A stretch of DNA of 64,000 nt from the human T2T-CHM13v2.0 reference genome, Homo sapiens. Position 1 is the first letter of the stretch. Every line of letters begins with the position of its first letter. Shown here in pieces: positions 16,790-29,433 of the stretch. The translations under genes and the position numbers were made by a program. Below the pieces are notes generated by a model. It was not told where the DNA came from and did not search any database. It saw only the letters and a program-made list of their open reading frames with translations. The DNA lies in the NCBI RefSeq assembly GCF_009914755.1, contig NC_060936.1; one strand, written 5' to 3'.

Positions 16790-17141
16790 TTCTTTTTTCT
16801 TTAAAATACTTTAAGTTCTGGGATACATATGCAGAAAGTGCAGGTTTGTCACATAGGCATACATGTGCCATGGTGGTTTGCTGCACCCATCAACCCACCA
16901 TCTACATTAGGTATTTCTCCTAATGCTATCCCTCCCTTAGCCCTCCACCCCCAACAGGTCCCGGTGTGTGATGTTCCCTTCCCTGTGTCCATGTGTCCTC
17001 ATTGGTCAACTCCCACTTATGAGTGAGAACATGTGGTGTTTGGTTTTCTGTTCCTGTGTTATTTGGCTGAGAATGCTGGTTTCCAGCTTCATCCATGTCC
17101 CTGCAAAGGACATGAACTCGTTCTTTTTTACGGCTGTGATA
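16790..17141 (-). mobile_element. 5'-truncated L1PA 3' end
   Basis: tttaagttctgggatacat...gtgagaacatgtggtgtttgg. TSD CATGAGTCTTT at 16779-16789 and 17142-17152. Confidence 0.92.
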
Positions 17142-19059
17142 CATGAGTCTTTAAACAATGCTTATGTGGGGTTAGGTTCTAACGTCAGCTCAAAAGGTGG
17201 AAATCAAGGACAGTCAAATTGACCTTGAAAATGCCCTGGGAAGACCCCAGGCAGCACCCAACGATCAGTGGCTGAGGCTGCTGGCTGCCCCCAGCATTTG
17301 TTTTCCCGCTTCCTGTAGAAGGAGGGGCTGTATGTTTTGGGGAGCATATGGCTGCCCAAGAGAAAGACCATTTCCCAGCATCTCTTGCAGCTAGGCTCAA
17401 CCAGGTGACCATATTCTGGTCAAAGTGACATGAGAATGCACAGGCTGTGTCCTTGAAGGGCAGGGCAAGCCCTCTTTTTCCTCCCCACTCCCAGTGACTG
17501 GGTGATGGCAGCACAGCGGGGTGCTGTCTGGGCCATGGAGGCGTGTCAGAGTGACAGTTCAGAGGGGCTGGGCCCCTGCTGCTGTCAGACCAGGCCTGTT
17601 CACCTTCCAACTGTCATGTGACAGAAATCCACCTCCATCTCATTTAAGCCCACTAATGTCTGGGTCTGTCACAGGAACCAACACATTCCCTGACCTATAT
17701 ACACTGTTGCTCTGGGAGGCGAACACAGCAGGCTGTCCCCCAGCACTGGGGCAGCTGCTGTTCTTTGGTTGAGCATTGGGTGAAGTTGTTGACTTGTGTT
17801 CAGGGTTCACAAAATACCTCGCAGCTCACAAAGACTGCAGTGAGATGCTTACACTATGAGGGTTGGGCAATTGAGCCTAGGAATATAAAATCCTGGGAGG
17901 TGGAGGGGTTAAGGGTGCCGGACTCCTCAGCCCCACATCTCAGCATCTCTGGGGAATGCAGTCTGAGAATCGTTCATGGGACGCAGTGTTTCCTGCTATC
18001 CCTTGCACGGACTGCCACATATCCAGCTTCCTGTCCTCTTCCACAAAGCCAGAGGGGAAGGAGAGGAGGGTCTTTGACTGTGGAGCCACAGCCTGGGAAA
18101 AGGGACTGCCTTCTTTCTGGAACATCGGCCACGGGCTGCTCCCCTCCTTTCCTGGAGCCTCAGTTTCCTCATCTGTGCCATGGCAGTGACAGCCCCTGCC
18201 TAGTGACTCAGCTCCCACCTGCGAAAGTGCTTTGTAAACTGCAGGTGTACAAGGTGGCAGCGATGTTATCGCCTGGAATCTTTTTGGGGACCAGGAGAAG
18301 GGAGGGCTCCTGACAGTTTCCAGGAAAGGCAGGAGCAGCTGCTATCCAGAAATCTGCACAACAAAATGTCTGCTATTGGCCTAAGCCCAAGGATGGGACA
18401 TGGTGGCCCCAGTGGACCGCTTCCATGAAATCTGCAATTATGGGGAAGTGGGGCTTATTAAGGAAGCTGGAGGGGAATGCGGCCCTGGCTTCTAGCAATG
18501 CTATAATTAGATTGCAGGGCCCCTTTTACTTTGCTGACGATCCAGAAGGCCTTGGCCCGGGGCTTGTGCTGAAATACCCTGGCCTCCTGGGCAGCGGGTG
18601 ATGGCCCAAGCCTGTCGGGGTGCAGAAGGACACTGCCTTTATGTTGGGGGGATGGGGTAACAACAGCTGAGGCTTGTGTAGTGCTCATGTGGGGCCGGCG
18701 CCATTCTCAGCCTTCACTTCATCCTGGCATCTGCAGGAGTCTGTCCTGTTCTCGGTTCACAGGTGAGAACACAGGCACAGAGAGGTCAAGGAGGTTGCTC
18801 AAGGTCACATTGTGGCTAAGTGGCAAAGTAGTAAAGAAGGGGTATGAATGATTGAAATCAGGGGTCGCCAAACCACAGCTCGTTTTTCTTTTTCCTGCTA
18901 CTGTTGCCTGGTCTTGTCAATAAAGTTTTACTCAGCACATGTGCCGAGGCAGCATAGCAGAGGTGAAAGAGCCGGAACGGGGAATTCTGCCACAGTGTGA
19001 CCTTGTAGAAGACACTCTGGGCTTTCTAATCTGTAAAATGATGGGGGTTTGCTTTAGAT

Positions 19060-19280
19060 CGGGGTCACTGCACTTGATGCAAAGGGCCAGATGGTAAATA
19101 TTTTAGGCTTTGCAGGTCATAAGGTCTCTGTTGCTACTCAACTCTGTTACATGCAGCAACTATTGACAATATGTAAACTAATGGGCATGGCTGTATTCCA
19201 ATAAAACTTTATTCACAAAACCAGGCAACAGCAGCACAAAAAAAAAAAAAAAAAAGAGGGCCATGGTTTGCCAACCCCTG
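19060..19280 (+). mobile_element. MER58-type hAT-Charlie MITE
   Basis: aagggccagatggtaaatattttaggctttg...ccaataaaactttatt...tttgccaacccctg. Confidence 0.8.
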
Positions 19281-19467
19281 ATTTTGATCATTCACGTCGC
19301 TTCTTTACTACTTTGCCTCACGAAATTCATGTTTTTAATACTTTTCTTTATACGAATTCACCGGTATTCCTTAGAGCTTAGCAACACCATAGGTTTGATG
19401 ACCTAAACAAATACAGGTTTGTATTTGTGGCATACATGTGAAAATAAACTTGTGAGTTAAAAATTAA

Positions 19468-19845
<378 letters not shown>

Positions 19846-20034
19846 TAGGTCAGTGTTTTTCAAATCACTGAGGTGTTGAGGGGGAAGAGGAGTCTGGGTG
19901 TGGGAGGTCAGGCCTGTACCCTGACTTGGAACAAAGCAGTTTTGCTTAATCTGTTTAAGACATTTGTTTGGGAAACGGGTTCTGGGGCCAAAGGAGTTTG
20001 GAACCATCTAGAAGTGGCTTCAAAATGAACTTGA

Positions 20035-20343
20035 GGCCTGTGCAGTGGCTCATGCCTGTAATCCCAGCACTTTGGGAGGACGAGGCAGGAGGATTATCTG
20101 AGGTCAGGAGTTCATGACCAGTCTGGCCAACATGGCAAAACCTCACCTCTACTAAAGATACAAAACTTAGCCAGGCATAGTGGTGCATGCCTGTAATCTC
20201 AGCTACTTGGGAGGATGAAGTGGGAGGACTGCTTGAACCCAGAGAGGCAGGGGCTGCAGTGAGCCAAGATCGCGCCACTGCACTCCAGGCTGGGCGACAG
20301 AGTGAGACTCCATCTCAAAAAAAAAAAAATAAAATAAAAAAAT
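20035..20343 (+). mobile_element. Alu
   Basis: Two-arm Alu with near-TSD aaaat(g/t)aacttga. Confidence 0.93.
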
Positions 20344-20424
20344 TAACTTGAAGCATTGAAGCTATGAGATTTCCCAGGTCTGTCTACACGGGGCTGTTAG
20401 TTCCCATGCTGACTCTTAGATTTC

Positions 20425-20731
20425 TTTTTTTTTCCCTTTTTTTTTGGGAGACAGCATCTCACTCCATTGCCCAGGCTGGAGTGCGATGGTGTGATCATGG
20501 CTCACTGCAGCCTCGACCTCCTGGGCTCAAGTGATCCTCCCACCTCAGCCTCCTGAGTAGCTGGGACCACAGGCCCACACTACCACAGCCGGCTAATGTT
20601 AAAAATTATTTGTAGAGATGGGGTCTCCCTATGTTGCCCAGGCTGGTCTCGAACTCCTGGCCTCAAAGCGATCCTCCCACCTCAGCCTCCCAAAGTGCCG
20701 GGATTACAGGAGTGAAGCACCGAGGCTGGCC
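20425..20731 (-). mobile_element. Alu (AluJ-like)
   Basis: Two-arm Alu with TSD ttagatttctt. Confidence 0.93.
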
Positions 20732-21902
20732 CCTTTTAGATTTCTTAACCAAAGAAGGATAATTTCCTGTTATACCTCGGTCCAACCCTCTCTCCTCAAC
20801 CTGAGACACGTATCCTCCGGTGTGTTCTCCACCTCTTAGCAGTCAACAGCTTACCGAGTTTAAAGCCAGTTCCTGCTTCCCTCCAAGCCAGCTCTTCCTG
20901 CAATGGTCTCAGCGCACACTAGCTTCCTTCTTCCCACTGCTTGGGCTGGAGCCAGGGCGCTAGCCTTGGTTGTGCACACCCCACAGCCAAACCTTTAGGC
21001 CACTGGCTGCATTTTCAGTCTGTCTACAGGCTTGGGCCACCTCACCCCTCCACTGCCACCTCCCTGCTCTGAGTCACCACCTCCCTGCTCTCCTGGCCAC
21101 TGCAATGGCTTCTGAACACCTGTCCCTGCTTCAGTCCTTGACCTTCTGCTATTGATCCTTAACATGGTGGCAGACTGGGCCGGCTCTGCTCCCCTCCACA
21201 GGCCCAGACTTGACACCCAAGCCTGAGCCGGGTTGGCAGGCCCCTGCCCACTCTCCCTGGCTTTTTCTGGGGCCCGGGCTGTCCCCCTCACTCTCCCTTG
21301 AGCACACAGAGCTGTCCCCTTCCTCCCAGCTCTGCTCACATGCCACCTCCTCAGGGAGCCCTTCCTTGACCCTGCCAGACATCCCCAGAGAGAATGGAGC
21401 CTCAGCAGTGCCAGGGAAGCAATCCTCCACCCACTCATGTCTGGGTCTCCCCACATTTGACTACCAGCTCCTCGAGGCCAGGGAGTCTTATCTGCTGTGT
21501 CAACTCCTGCATTCCCAGCATCATGGCCATGCCTGGTGCACATAAGCTCAACACACATTTGCTGGGTGTTTCAGGTTTGAACCTCTCCCTTGCGCTCCTG
21601 GTCTGTATGAGCCCTGGAGGATGAAGCCAAGGACTCAGTCCTTGGAAGCCAACTGTCCTGAAGGTGGTCTCAGGGCTGCCCCCATCATCCCACTCTACCC
21701 TGAAAACCTATGATGCCTGGTCAATGCCTGGCACTGTCTGTCCACAGCCATAATGAGCTGCCACGCATGCCCACTGGTCCGGCACTGATGGCATTTGATA
21801 TTTAAAAACAAAACAAAAAACACACTAGGGGTTCCATGGCAAGCAGGAGCTGAATAGGAGAATCTCACTGGGGGTGAGGAGAGAGAGCCCTTCACCCACA
21901 CC

Positions 21903-21998
21903 GCCTTGAGGACAGGGCTCGAGTCGGCACACATTGGGCCTGCTCTTGCTGCCTTGAGGATAAGGCTCGAGCTGGCACACATTGGGCCTGCCCTCGCT
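21903..21998 (+). repeat. 48-bp tandem duplication (2 copies)
   Basis: gccttgagga...ggcacacattgggcctgc at 21903 and 21951. Confidence 0.9.
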
Positions 21999-22559
21999 GT
22001 AAAGAGGAGACAGCAGTTCAGGCCCTGCAGCAGGAGCGAGAGCACAGGGTGTGCCTCTGAAACCCAGCATAGGGCCGGGCCCCCTGCATGTGGGAACTGC
22101 CCTCACTGCTCTGGGGAGGTAGGGGCTTGGGCTTGTGCCAGAGCGAGCTGAGTGTGAGCCTGGTGGCAGCCCTCTGTGCAGCGCCATCTTGGGAATGTCA
22201 CCCACCTCTCCATTTCTACATCTCCCATCAACTTACCTCTCACAGTTGCTAAAAGGACAAAGTGGGGCCACTGATTCCTTCCTCGAGTATTTACTAAGCA
22301 TCTACTCCACGATGCAGCACGCACAAAATGGGCACAGACCTTGCTCTCCTGGGACTTCCGGTCCAGAGAGAGAGGTCAGACATGAAATAAAAACACAGAA
22401 ACTGTTCACAGCTGTAAGGAGCTAGGGAGGTGTTCGGTGTGACGAGTGAATCTAACGAGGGGCCGGGGCTTGTCTAGGATGGGGCTTGGGAAAGTCATCT
22501 AGGCAAGGTGACTATTTCAATGGCCTAGGCGGCATGGGTGAATAAATTATTATTATGCA

Positions 22560-22945
22560 AGCATTCTATTAATCTTTTATTATTAAGACGGCTGAAAAAA
22601 ATGATTACATATTATTAGTGAAGCTCAGTGGAAGAGAAGTGGGTGGAAAAGCTCTAACCCGAGAGGCCGCTTTCACAGGATGGGAGGATGGGTTACATTT
22701 TGCAAGGTGTACCAAAGGGTTAAAGTCATTTTCATTAAAATTTAAATTTCAGCATGCGCTCACTCTCCCTTCCCCGTCCTTTGAACGTTTGACTGGCAAC
22801 CATTTCATATTTCAATCTCGGCAGAACAAATTGAATTAGATGTTGAAACCAAGCTCGGCTCTGTTCACCAAAGCCTGCATGCTCTGCTCACACTAATCCT
22901 TTCCTAGACGCTGCGGAGCACAGACGGGCGCTGCGAGAGACGGCC
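22560..22945 (-). other. RBM19: Candidate distal non-coding terminal exon of RBM19
   Basis: Strong acceptor ...GGTCTTTTTTGTCTTTTGTGCAG| (AG at 22946-22947, 68-nt AG-free pyrimidine tract) and AATAAA at 22576-22581. The sequence is repeat-free. Confidence 0.5.
22576..22581 (-). terminator. Distal AATAAA poly(A) signal
   Basis: TTTATT on the + strand in an AT-rich island. Confidence 0.55.
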
Positions 22946-23599
22946 CTGCACAAAAGACAAAAAAGACCAAGGCGGCAGGAAAAGGAGAGGAGGAAAAACA
23001 AGCGGGCAGAGGCCGCTGGAAATTGTCTTCCACCTGATGCATGGGGCTTAAAGCCTAGGAGACAGAGCCTGCGTCCACGCAGCAGGGAAGGCCAGTGTGG
23101 AGGCACACAGAGCGACCCGAGTTTCTGTCTTGTGTCTGGGGCACCCAGCACAGTGTCTCGCACACAGCAGATGCCCAGCAGGTGTCTGATGGATGAATGA
23201 ATGAATGAATGAATGAATGAGGGAGAGGACTCACTCTATCAGCCCGTGCCTCTAGCCTGTGCCTGTTCCTCCCCTCTGCAGAGTGGGCCCGGCTATTCTC
23301 CTCACCCTCACAACTTCCTGAGAAGTGATAGCATGCTGTGTTCAGTGGCCTGGTGGCTCTCCAGTCCCCGTGCCCAGTGCAAACCAGCGGAGGATGCCAG
23401 CTCAAGTTTCTGGGGACGAAACAGGCAGACCTCCGGGCCTGGCTTGGGATCCCAGTGGCACCCCAGGATCACCCCATGTTCGCTGGCTCTTTCTTTAAAC
23501 TGTGTAAGTCTGTGGAATGACCTAGAGGTGCTGACCCAGGGGCCCCGGAGTCTGGTTTTCAGAAGAGACAGTTCTGCTGCCGTGGCCATGGAGTCCTCA

Positions 23600-24234
<635 letters not shown>

Positions 24235-25972
24235 CTACAGGCTCCTTCCTGGATCATAGGCTCCTCCCCAACATGGCGCAGCGCCCTGTGAGTCCCTATC
24301 CCGCCCCAGCCTCTGGACGTGGGCCCAGCTGGCCTGACATCTGCTGGGTGCAGCCCCACAAGCTTGCCTTGTTTTGAAGTTATGTTCACAATAATGATGG
24401 CAACTACCATTACTAAGTACTCACTAGGCATGACACAGTCTGCTAACTACTTTCCATTCATGACCTTCTGTTTCTGTCTTAACCAATCCAATGAGGCAGG
24501 AATTCCTGCACCCATTTGAAAGACATGGAACACAAGGCCTGGAGACACTGAGAGCCTAGAGATTCTAACGCAGGCCTTTGGAGTCAGGGCCTGTGCATTC
24601 CGCTCTCCTCCTCCCGTCCCCACTGTCTCTCACTCCTGTCCCTCCTCCAGGCCCCACTGTCCCTCACCCCTGTCTGTTCTCCAGGACCTGTCTGACCACC
24701 CATCTCCCTCCTGCAGTCTGACTGTGTGTATCCTATAGTAGAGATGCCAGGGCCCTCCTCACCCATCCAGGGGTGGACCCTTGGTGGAGACGCCACGTGG
24801 GACAGAGGGAGAGGGCGGGATGCCTGGAGTTTCTCTTCTACCAGCCTTCCAGGCGCCCGCTAGTGCCCACTGCTGGCCAAACTGAACACAAGCCTCTTGA
24901 TAAGGGAGTTTCAGAGACACAGCTCAAGGGGCCAGGCCCCTGGGACCCACAGCGGGTGGGAGACGGACGTGAGGACAGCAGATGCGGTTCCAGCCAGCCC
25001 TCCACTCTGGAAGCAGCCTGTCCCCGTTCCTCCCAGCTAACTGAGCCACACTCTGAACACCGGGTCACAGGCCTCATCCAGATGTGTGCCTCTGGCTTTT
25101 CTGAGGCACGTGTCCTACTGACCTCCCACCTCCCTGTGTCCCTTTGGCCCCTCTGGCCTCTTGGTGTCACCTCTCCTTTCCTACGCAAGTGCTCTGGTCC
25201 AGCCTGTTATGGTTCTCTTTCCCGGCTCTCTGGTGACCATATCGGCAGGGAAGGGTCACAGCCCCCTGAGATGTGGCTGAGGCAGTTTCCTGCCCCCTGC
25301 AGCAGTCAGTCCTGAGCCGGGTCAGGAGGCTCACCGCCCTGGAGGAGTGCTCCCTCCTCAGTGCCACCTCTGTGGGTTATTTCTGGAGTTTCTCTCCCAG
25401 ATCTTCTGGGTGTCTGTGTCTACCAACGTCCCATCATTGCTTCAAAAACAACCGAAGCCGCCTTTCAGAAAGCTCCCGTGTCCCCCTCCCAGTGACAGCG
25501 GTGACTCAGTCCCTTGCTGCCTTGGCTCAAAGGCTTAGAGTCTCCCAGTTCAACCCCCACATGCTGGATGGAGGAATTTCTCGTAAGACGCTTTCACCAG
25601 TCCCTCTTCTCCAAAGGAAGAAGAGATGAAGCCCCTCCTCTGGGCCAGGCAAACGACTTTTCCCGAGCTCCGCTTTATGGCTACCTGGCTGTACTTTACT
25701 GCATTCTAGAACAATGATGATGATTGTAACAAAAATCTTAATTGCTTTCCTAGTTCCCGTTTAAAACAGTTATTTTTGACAGGGTAAAAGGCTCTGGGTC
25801 ACTGAGATCTTGCTCACACTCCAGGTTGTCCCCTGTACTGAGTGCTGTGACTGAGAGGGACAGGGGATGGGGGATAGGGGGTTGGGGCTGGGTGTAAAGA
25901 GGAGCTGGGTGTGGTTACTGCAGACGAACTGATCAGGAGTCTGTCTCCCTCAGTGAGGAAGCAGAAGTTAAA

Positions 25973-26161
25973 CCGGGGCATCCAAACTTTTGGCTTCCCT
26001 GGGTCACCCTGGAAGAACTGTCTTGGACCACACATAAAATACAATAACACTAGTGATAACTGATGAACTAAAAAAAAAAAAAAAAAAATTGCAAATTTAA
26101 GGAAGTTTACAAATTTGTGTTGGGCTGCATTCAAAGCCCAAGCTTGGGTTGGACAAGCGTG
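25973..26161 (+). mobile_element. MER30 DNA transposon
   Basis: ttttggcttccctggg...cacacataaaatac...tttgtgttgggctgcattcaaagcc...ggttggacaagc matches the recalled MER30 consensus. Confidence 0.85.
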
Positions 26162-27460
26162 ATTTAAGATCTCAAAGGAAAATAAAAAGGCGCCACGCAG
26201 GAAGAATGTGAGGGAAGGGCATCCCAGGCAGAGGGAAGAGGCAGCTCGAGGGCCCTGGGGTGGGAGCCTGCAGGGAGGAAGGCCGGGACAGCGAGTGCAG
26301 GGTCAGGTGAGGTGGGGCCTCGGTGCTGGGGTGAGCAGCGGGACTCGACTTTCCATGCGTCAGGGAGGCCCTAGAGGGTTTGAAGCTGCAGACTGACATG
26401 ATCCAGCTCACGGAGCAGTCAGGCCACACTGGCTGCACGAGGACAGCTGAGCCGGAAGAGAGGAGATGAGGGTGCAGTCTGGTGGGCGCGGCATGAAGGG
26501 GCACCCCGAGATCTCTGTGGGAGTGGACTCCACTACTCCTGTGTGCTCACAGATCTGCCCCTTCCAAACAGTGCGTGCCTGGGGCAGGGGTGCAGGGGCC
26601 AGGCTCAGTATATGGCCTCTAGGCTGCCTCACTCCCCACTGCCAATTCCAGGCCAGGCCTGGCGAGTGGCTGGAAGCTCTCCCTCCTCTTGCTACCTTTC
26701 ACTCTCCTGCAGTTCCTGAACCTTCCCCAGCTCACCAGCTTTCTTTTGGCCACAGGGAAGGCAGTGACGCAGGAAGGGTTGGACAGCCCTGATTCCCATC
26801 ATTTCACTGTGTGAGCCCTGGCAGGGGCCTGCAGCTGCCTGGGCCTGATAACGCTTTTGTGACGGAGATGCTACTTGCATCACTCCATTTTAAAGATGAG
26901 GAGACTGAGGACTCAGCAGGTTAAGTCACTTGCCGAGGCTCACGAGGCTGGAGAGTGGTGGACTGTTACGGAGCCCAGGCAGATCCGAATACAGAGCCCA
27001 TGTCTGCTCACCCCGCACCAAGCCCTGGATGATGCTGAATCCTGCTCTGGGGGGAGGTTCTAGAAGCATCCTCTGGGCCAGTTAAGTCAGTGCCAAAAGA
27101 TGCCTGCCTCTGCACCAGGCCCGTGGGTCTACACCTGAGTTTTGGTGATCAGCCAGCCATCCCTGCTGGCTCTGGTGGTGTGGAAATGTGAGTACAAATT
27201 GTATAGACCAGAAGGTTCAGCCAGAAGGAGCCATGTGCCGCCGAACAGGACACGATCCAGCTCACAGATCTGAGCAGTGGGAAGGCATGGGGTAGGTCTC
27301 CAGCCCTGTCATTCCGCATGACCTACGGCAACTTGGGACCCTGGTCACCTGAGGGTCGGCCTGGGTGTGGTTTAACAGAGACACTGTTCAGCCCCCACAT
27401 CCAGAAGGCTGTGGTCGATGTGACTCTGTGAGCCACCCCACTATAAAAGCTGGAGAATGT

Positions 27461-27587
27461 GGCTGGGCGTGATGGCTCACACCTGTAATTCCAGAGCTTT
27501 GGGAGGCTAAGGTGGGAGGACCACTTGAGGCTGCAGTGAGCTATGATCATGCCACTGCACCCTGTCTCTAAAAAAATTAAAAATAAA
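27461..27587 (+). mobile_element. Internally deleted Alu
   Basis: Left-arm start fused to right-arm end (cttgagg|ctgcagtgag), followed by an A tail. Confidence 0.85.
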
Positions 27588-27859
27588 CGGCTGGGGAACG
27601 AGCCATTCTGTGTCTTTTGTTTCCACGAATTCTCAGGGATGAGCTTGGATGGCTAAGGGGGTGCCTGCCCTAGAGGACACGAGGCGCATGCTTGGTCGTG
27701 CAGGCTGCCAGCTCTGTGTTGCCTTGCCTGGGCTCTGGGCCACTCCGAAAACTGGATGAAGACTGGAACCTCATCCCCACCAAAATGCACAGACCATGTT
27801 TTATGCACAGAGTCTGAAGATTCCCAAACTCTCACTTGGAGGCCCACCCAGTGACTCTA

Positions 27860-27909
27860 AATGAAGAAGAAAACAAAAGTGCTGATGAGAATCTTCTCTG
27901 GGCTTTACT
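27860..27909 (-). terminator. AGTAAA poly(A) signal with U-rich downstream element
   Basis: Minus strand AGTAAA (27904-27909), then ~25 nt later ACTTTTGTTTTCTTCTTCAT. Confidence 0.5.
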
Positions 27910-29049
27910 TGGCTTGACTCACTTAATTCTGGCACTGTCTATCTGAGGTAGGCACAATTATCACCCCCATTTCCTAGAGAGAAAAACAGAGGCTCAGCCA
28001 GGATGTCATTAGTCTGAGGTCGCACCTCGGGGAATGGCGATGTCTAGATTCAGACTGCAGTGAGATGCAGTGCAGTTCTTGCTCTGCCCTCTCCGTCTTG
28101 CCCTCTGCCTGGTGCTGGCACAGGCCCTTCCAGGCGGGAGGCTGCGTCTCAGGCTGGAGAAAATGTGAACACGGGCGCCTGAGAGAAGCCTGGGGATGCT
28201 GCTGGCCAGCGGAGAGGACCTTGATGCATTTCACAGGGCTCTGGGCCCGTGAGCAGAACGCGTCCACCATGAGTGACATCATTCAGCTCAGCCAGGGAGC
28301 TTGGCATCTGGGCTTGGAGCTCGATGCTTCATGAGCCGCTGGGAGGCTTCCCTGGGTGACTGAACCAGGGCTCGTGGTCCCAAGTGACGAGGATGGGGCA
28401 GGACAGAGACCAAGTCCCAAGCCGTGAACAGTCCCTTGGAAAGACATAGGTGGGAATTCTAGCTCAGCAGCCCTGGAGGGAGAGCAGGAACAGGGCTCAG
28501 CACCATGCCCGGCACTCTTCATGCATTACTGCGTTTATTTCTCTCTAAAACCTTATGAAGTAAGAACTAGCTAGCAAGGGGAAGGCTGGGCCCAAGGAGA
28601 TAAGGAAACTGGGCCAGGGTCTCCCAGCTTGAGCTTGGAGACGGGGTTTCATGTCCAAGCAGCCTGATGCCAGAGAGCTGGCCCTCGTCCCCTTACTCTC
28701 CTGGGGTGGGGACAGGGGGAGCAGGGGTTCTAGCTCCCTGTGTAGCTGTTCCCAAGTCTCTCTTCCTAACGTGGCTGCTCCCTTGGACTCTTCCGTGTCT
28801 GCTACAGAGCAGGTGCGCAGTCAGTGTCTGCTAGAACGCGTCACTGGTGAAACCCAGGATGCCTGGGCCGCTGGGCAGTGGCCTGAGGCCTTCCTCATCC
28901 CCTGTCTCCTCCGACCTTGGACCAGTGCAGGGTGGGGCCGCCTGCCGCTCCCCGCCCCGCCCCCCAGCCCACATGGTGGTGAGTGCAGAAGCTGGAGCGG
29001 CTGTCCCGGTCCCCAGGGCCCCGGAGCCACACACCCTCTCGGTGCCAGC
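27880..29049 (-). other. RBM19: RBM19 proximal 3'UTR (approximate end)
   Basis: Follows the stop codon. Contains AATAAA (28534-28539) and AGTAAA (27904-27909), the latter followed by a U-rich downstream tract (27860-27880). Confidence 0.65.
28534..28539 (-). terminator. Canonical AATAAA poly(A) signal candidate
   Basis: TTTATT on the + strand, ~510 nt after the RBM19 stop. Confidence 0.45.
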
Positions 29050-29147
29050 TCACAGCTGAAGGGTCTGCTCCTCGCTGTCGCTGTCACTGCCTTCCAGCTG
29101 CTCCAGGATCTCGTCCAACACCACAGACCGCTTTTTCTTCGGGGGCT
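29050..29147 (-). CDS. RBM19: RBM19 last coding exon (coding part)
   Basis: Acceptor CTCCCACAG| has AG at 29148-29149. G|AG completes Glu, and the exon reads EPPKKKRSVVLDEILEQLEGSDSDSEEQTLQL*. The 98 bp equal 2+32x3, with TGA at 29050-29052. It joins in frame to exon 50500-50620 and matches the recalled RBM19 C-terminus. Confidence 0.95.
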
Positions 29148-29426
29148 CTGTGGGAGCCCAGATGGCAAGAGAGGAGAAAAGAACAGCCGAGAGGGTTGGG
29201 AGGCAGGAAGAGAGAAATGACAGAGGAAGGAGGGAGAGGGGAGAGATGAGCAGAACAAGGGTGCGGGGAGACAGAACAGAAGCGAGAGAATGCAAGAGAG
29301 GGAAGTGGGGGAGAGCGGAGGGAGAGAAGATACAGAGGGAGGTGGAGAGAGGATGGGGCAATGAAGAAAGATAAGGAGTAGGGGAGAGAATCAAAGGGGA
29401 AATGAGGAGGAGAGAGAAACACTAGA

Positions 29427-29433
29427 GTTAGTC
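29427..29433 (-). promoter_or_regulatory. Candidate distant branch point GACTAAC (branch A at 29428)
   Basis: 6/7 match to TACTAAC, immediately upstream of a 272-nt AG-free pyrimidine-rich tract. Confidence 0.6.

Noticed and set aside
23194-23220. (GAAT)n tracts here and at ~40088-40111
   Set aside because: Ordinary L2 3' tails.
28821-29394. Alternative-frame and upstream-extended ORFs over the last exon
   Set aside because: The upstream part is the AG-free pyrimidine tract. Only the phase-1 frame fits the preceding exon.
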